Virus record (IMG/VR): IMGVR_UViG_3300025121_000011
Coordinates: 186,001-250,000 of that record
Length of the DNA: 64,000 nt
Reading direction: 5' to 3' (one strand)
This document shows, piece by piece, positions 63,866 through 64,000 of this stretch. A model generated the notes under the pieces. The model made no database searches and was not told the origin of the DNA. It saw nothing but the letters and a program-made list of their open reading frames with translations. Position numbers and translations under genes: made by a program. How positions within the stretch are numbered: the first letter of the stretch is position 1; each line of letters opens with the position of its first letter.

Positions 63866-64000
63866 ATGAATCAAGAACTTTTATCTTTAGTTAAAATTGC
63901 AAAAGAAAGTTCTGGAGAAATGCCGGGTTTAGAATTAATTGAAGCATCTACTGAAATCAAAACTTATTTAAGTAACTATGTTAATAATTTTGATGATCCT
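63866..64000 (+). CDS. Partial ORF running off the window, with a leader-like N-terminus
   Basis: MNQELLSLVKIAKESSGEMPGLELIEASTEIKTLLSNYVNNFDDP..., open to the window end. Confidence 0.5.
   Translation, partial: MNQELLSLVKIAKESSGEMPGLELIEASTEIKTYLSNYVNNFDDP

Noticed and set aside
1-64000. CRISPR array, tRNA or rRNA genes
   Set aside because: Intergenic gaps are short; no repeat-spacer pattern or cloverleaf was seen by eye (tRNAscan not run)
1-64000. Stop-codon reassignment, as in some huge phages
   Set aside because: Conserved genes are full length in the standard code, and TAA, TAG and TGA all occur at true gene ends
1-64000. Eukaryotic giant virus or cellular chromosome origin
   Set aside because: Shine-Dalgarno sites, coupled operons, sigma factor, DnaB, lysozyme and tail-fibre repeats fit a phage; no ribosomal or core cellular genes are present. 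Not formally excluded without capsid or terminase genes

Overview
AT-rich, gene-dense, mostly + strand segment of what is most likely a jumbo/huge tailed-phage genome. Supporting this: GGAG-type RBSs, tightly overlapping operons, phage-type replication, nucleotide and tail-fibre genes, and a tubulin/FtsZ homologue. No capsid, terminase, rRNA, tRNA or CRISPR array was seen. Left to right: nucleotide-sugar and glycosyltransferase cluster (ugd-like, GSCFA, epimerase, cytidylyltransferase, intein-containing gmd, three GTs); tubulin/FtsZ-like protein; SF2 helicase; DnaC-like loader and DnaB; a complete PrkA(YeaG)-YeaH(YhbH)-SpoVR module followed directly by a stand-alone diadenylate cyclase (DAC) and a sigma factor; class II RNR; PIN-PhoH; LysM-lysozyme; trypsin-like protease; dUTPase; tail-fibre and Ig-like structural genes; topoisomerase IA; thymidine kinase; IscA-like protein; a protein kinase; an RNase H-like protein. 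Four inteins (gmd, spoVR, nrdJ, topA) and three paralogous Hef-like free-standing endonucleases make up about 9.6 kb (15%) of the window. Two observations stand out. (1) The phage-borne PrkA-YeaH-SpoVR-DAC-sigma operon, a candidate host dormancy/stress and c-di-AMP manipulation module. (2) A gap-free ~24-aa motif ([KR]-L-x2-L-x3-L-x3-G-x3-E-A-x2-h-x2-L) shared by at least eight otherwise unrelated proteins (ART-like, GNAT, kinase, lysozyme and others), several of which lie behind a recurring TAYTAAT element. This suggests a dispersed set of virion-packaged, injected effectors. All product calls come from reading motifs by eye; no database searches were run.
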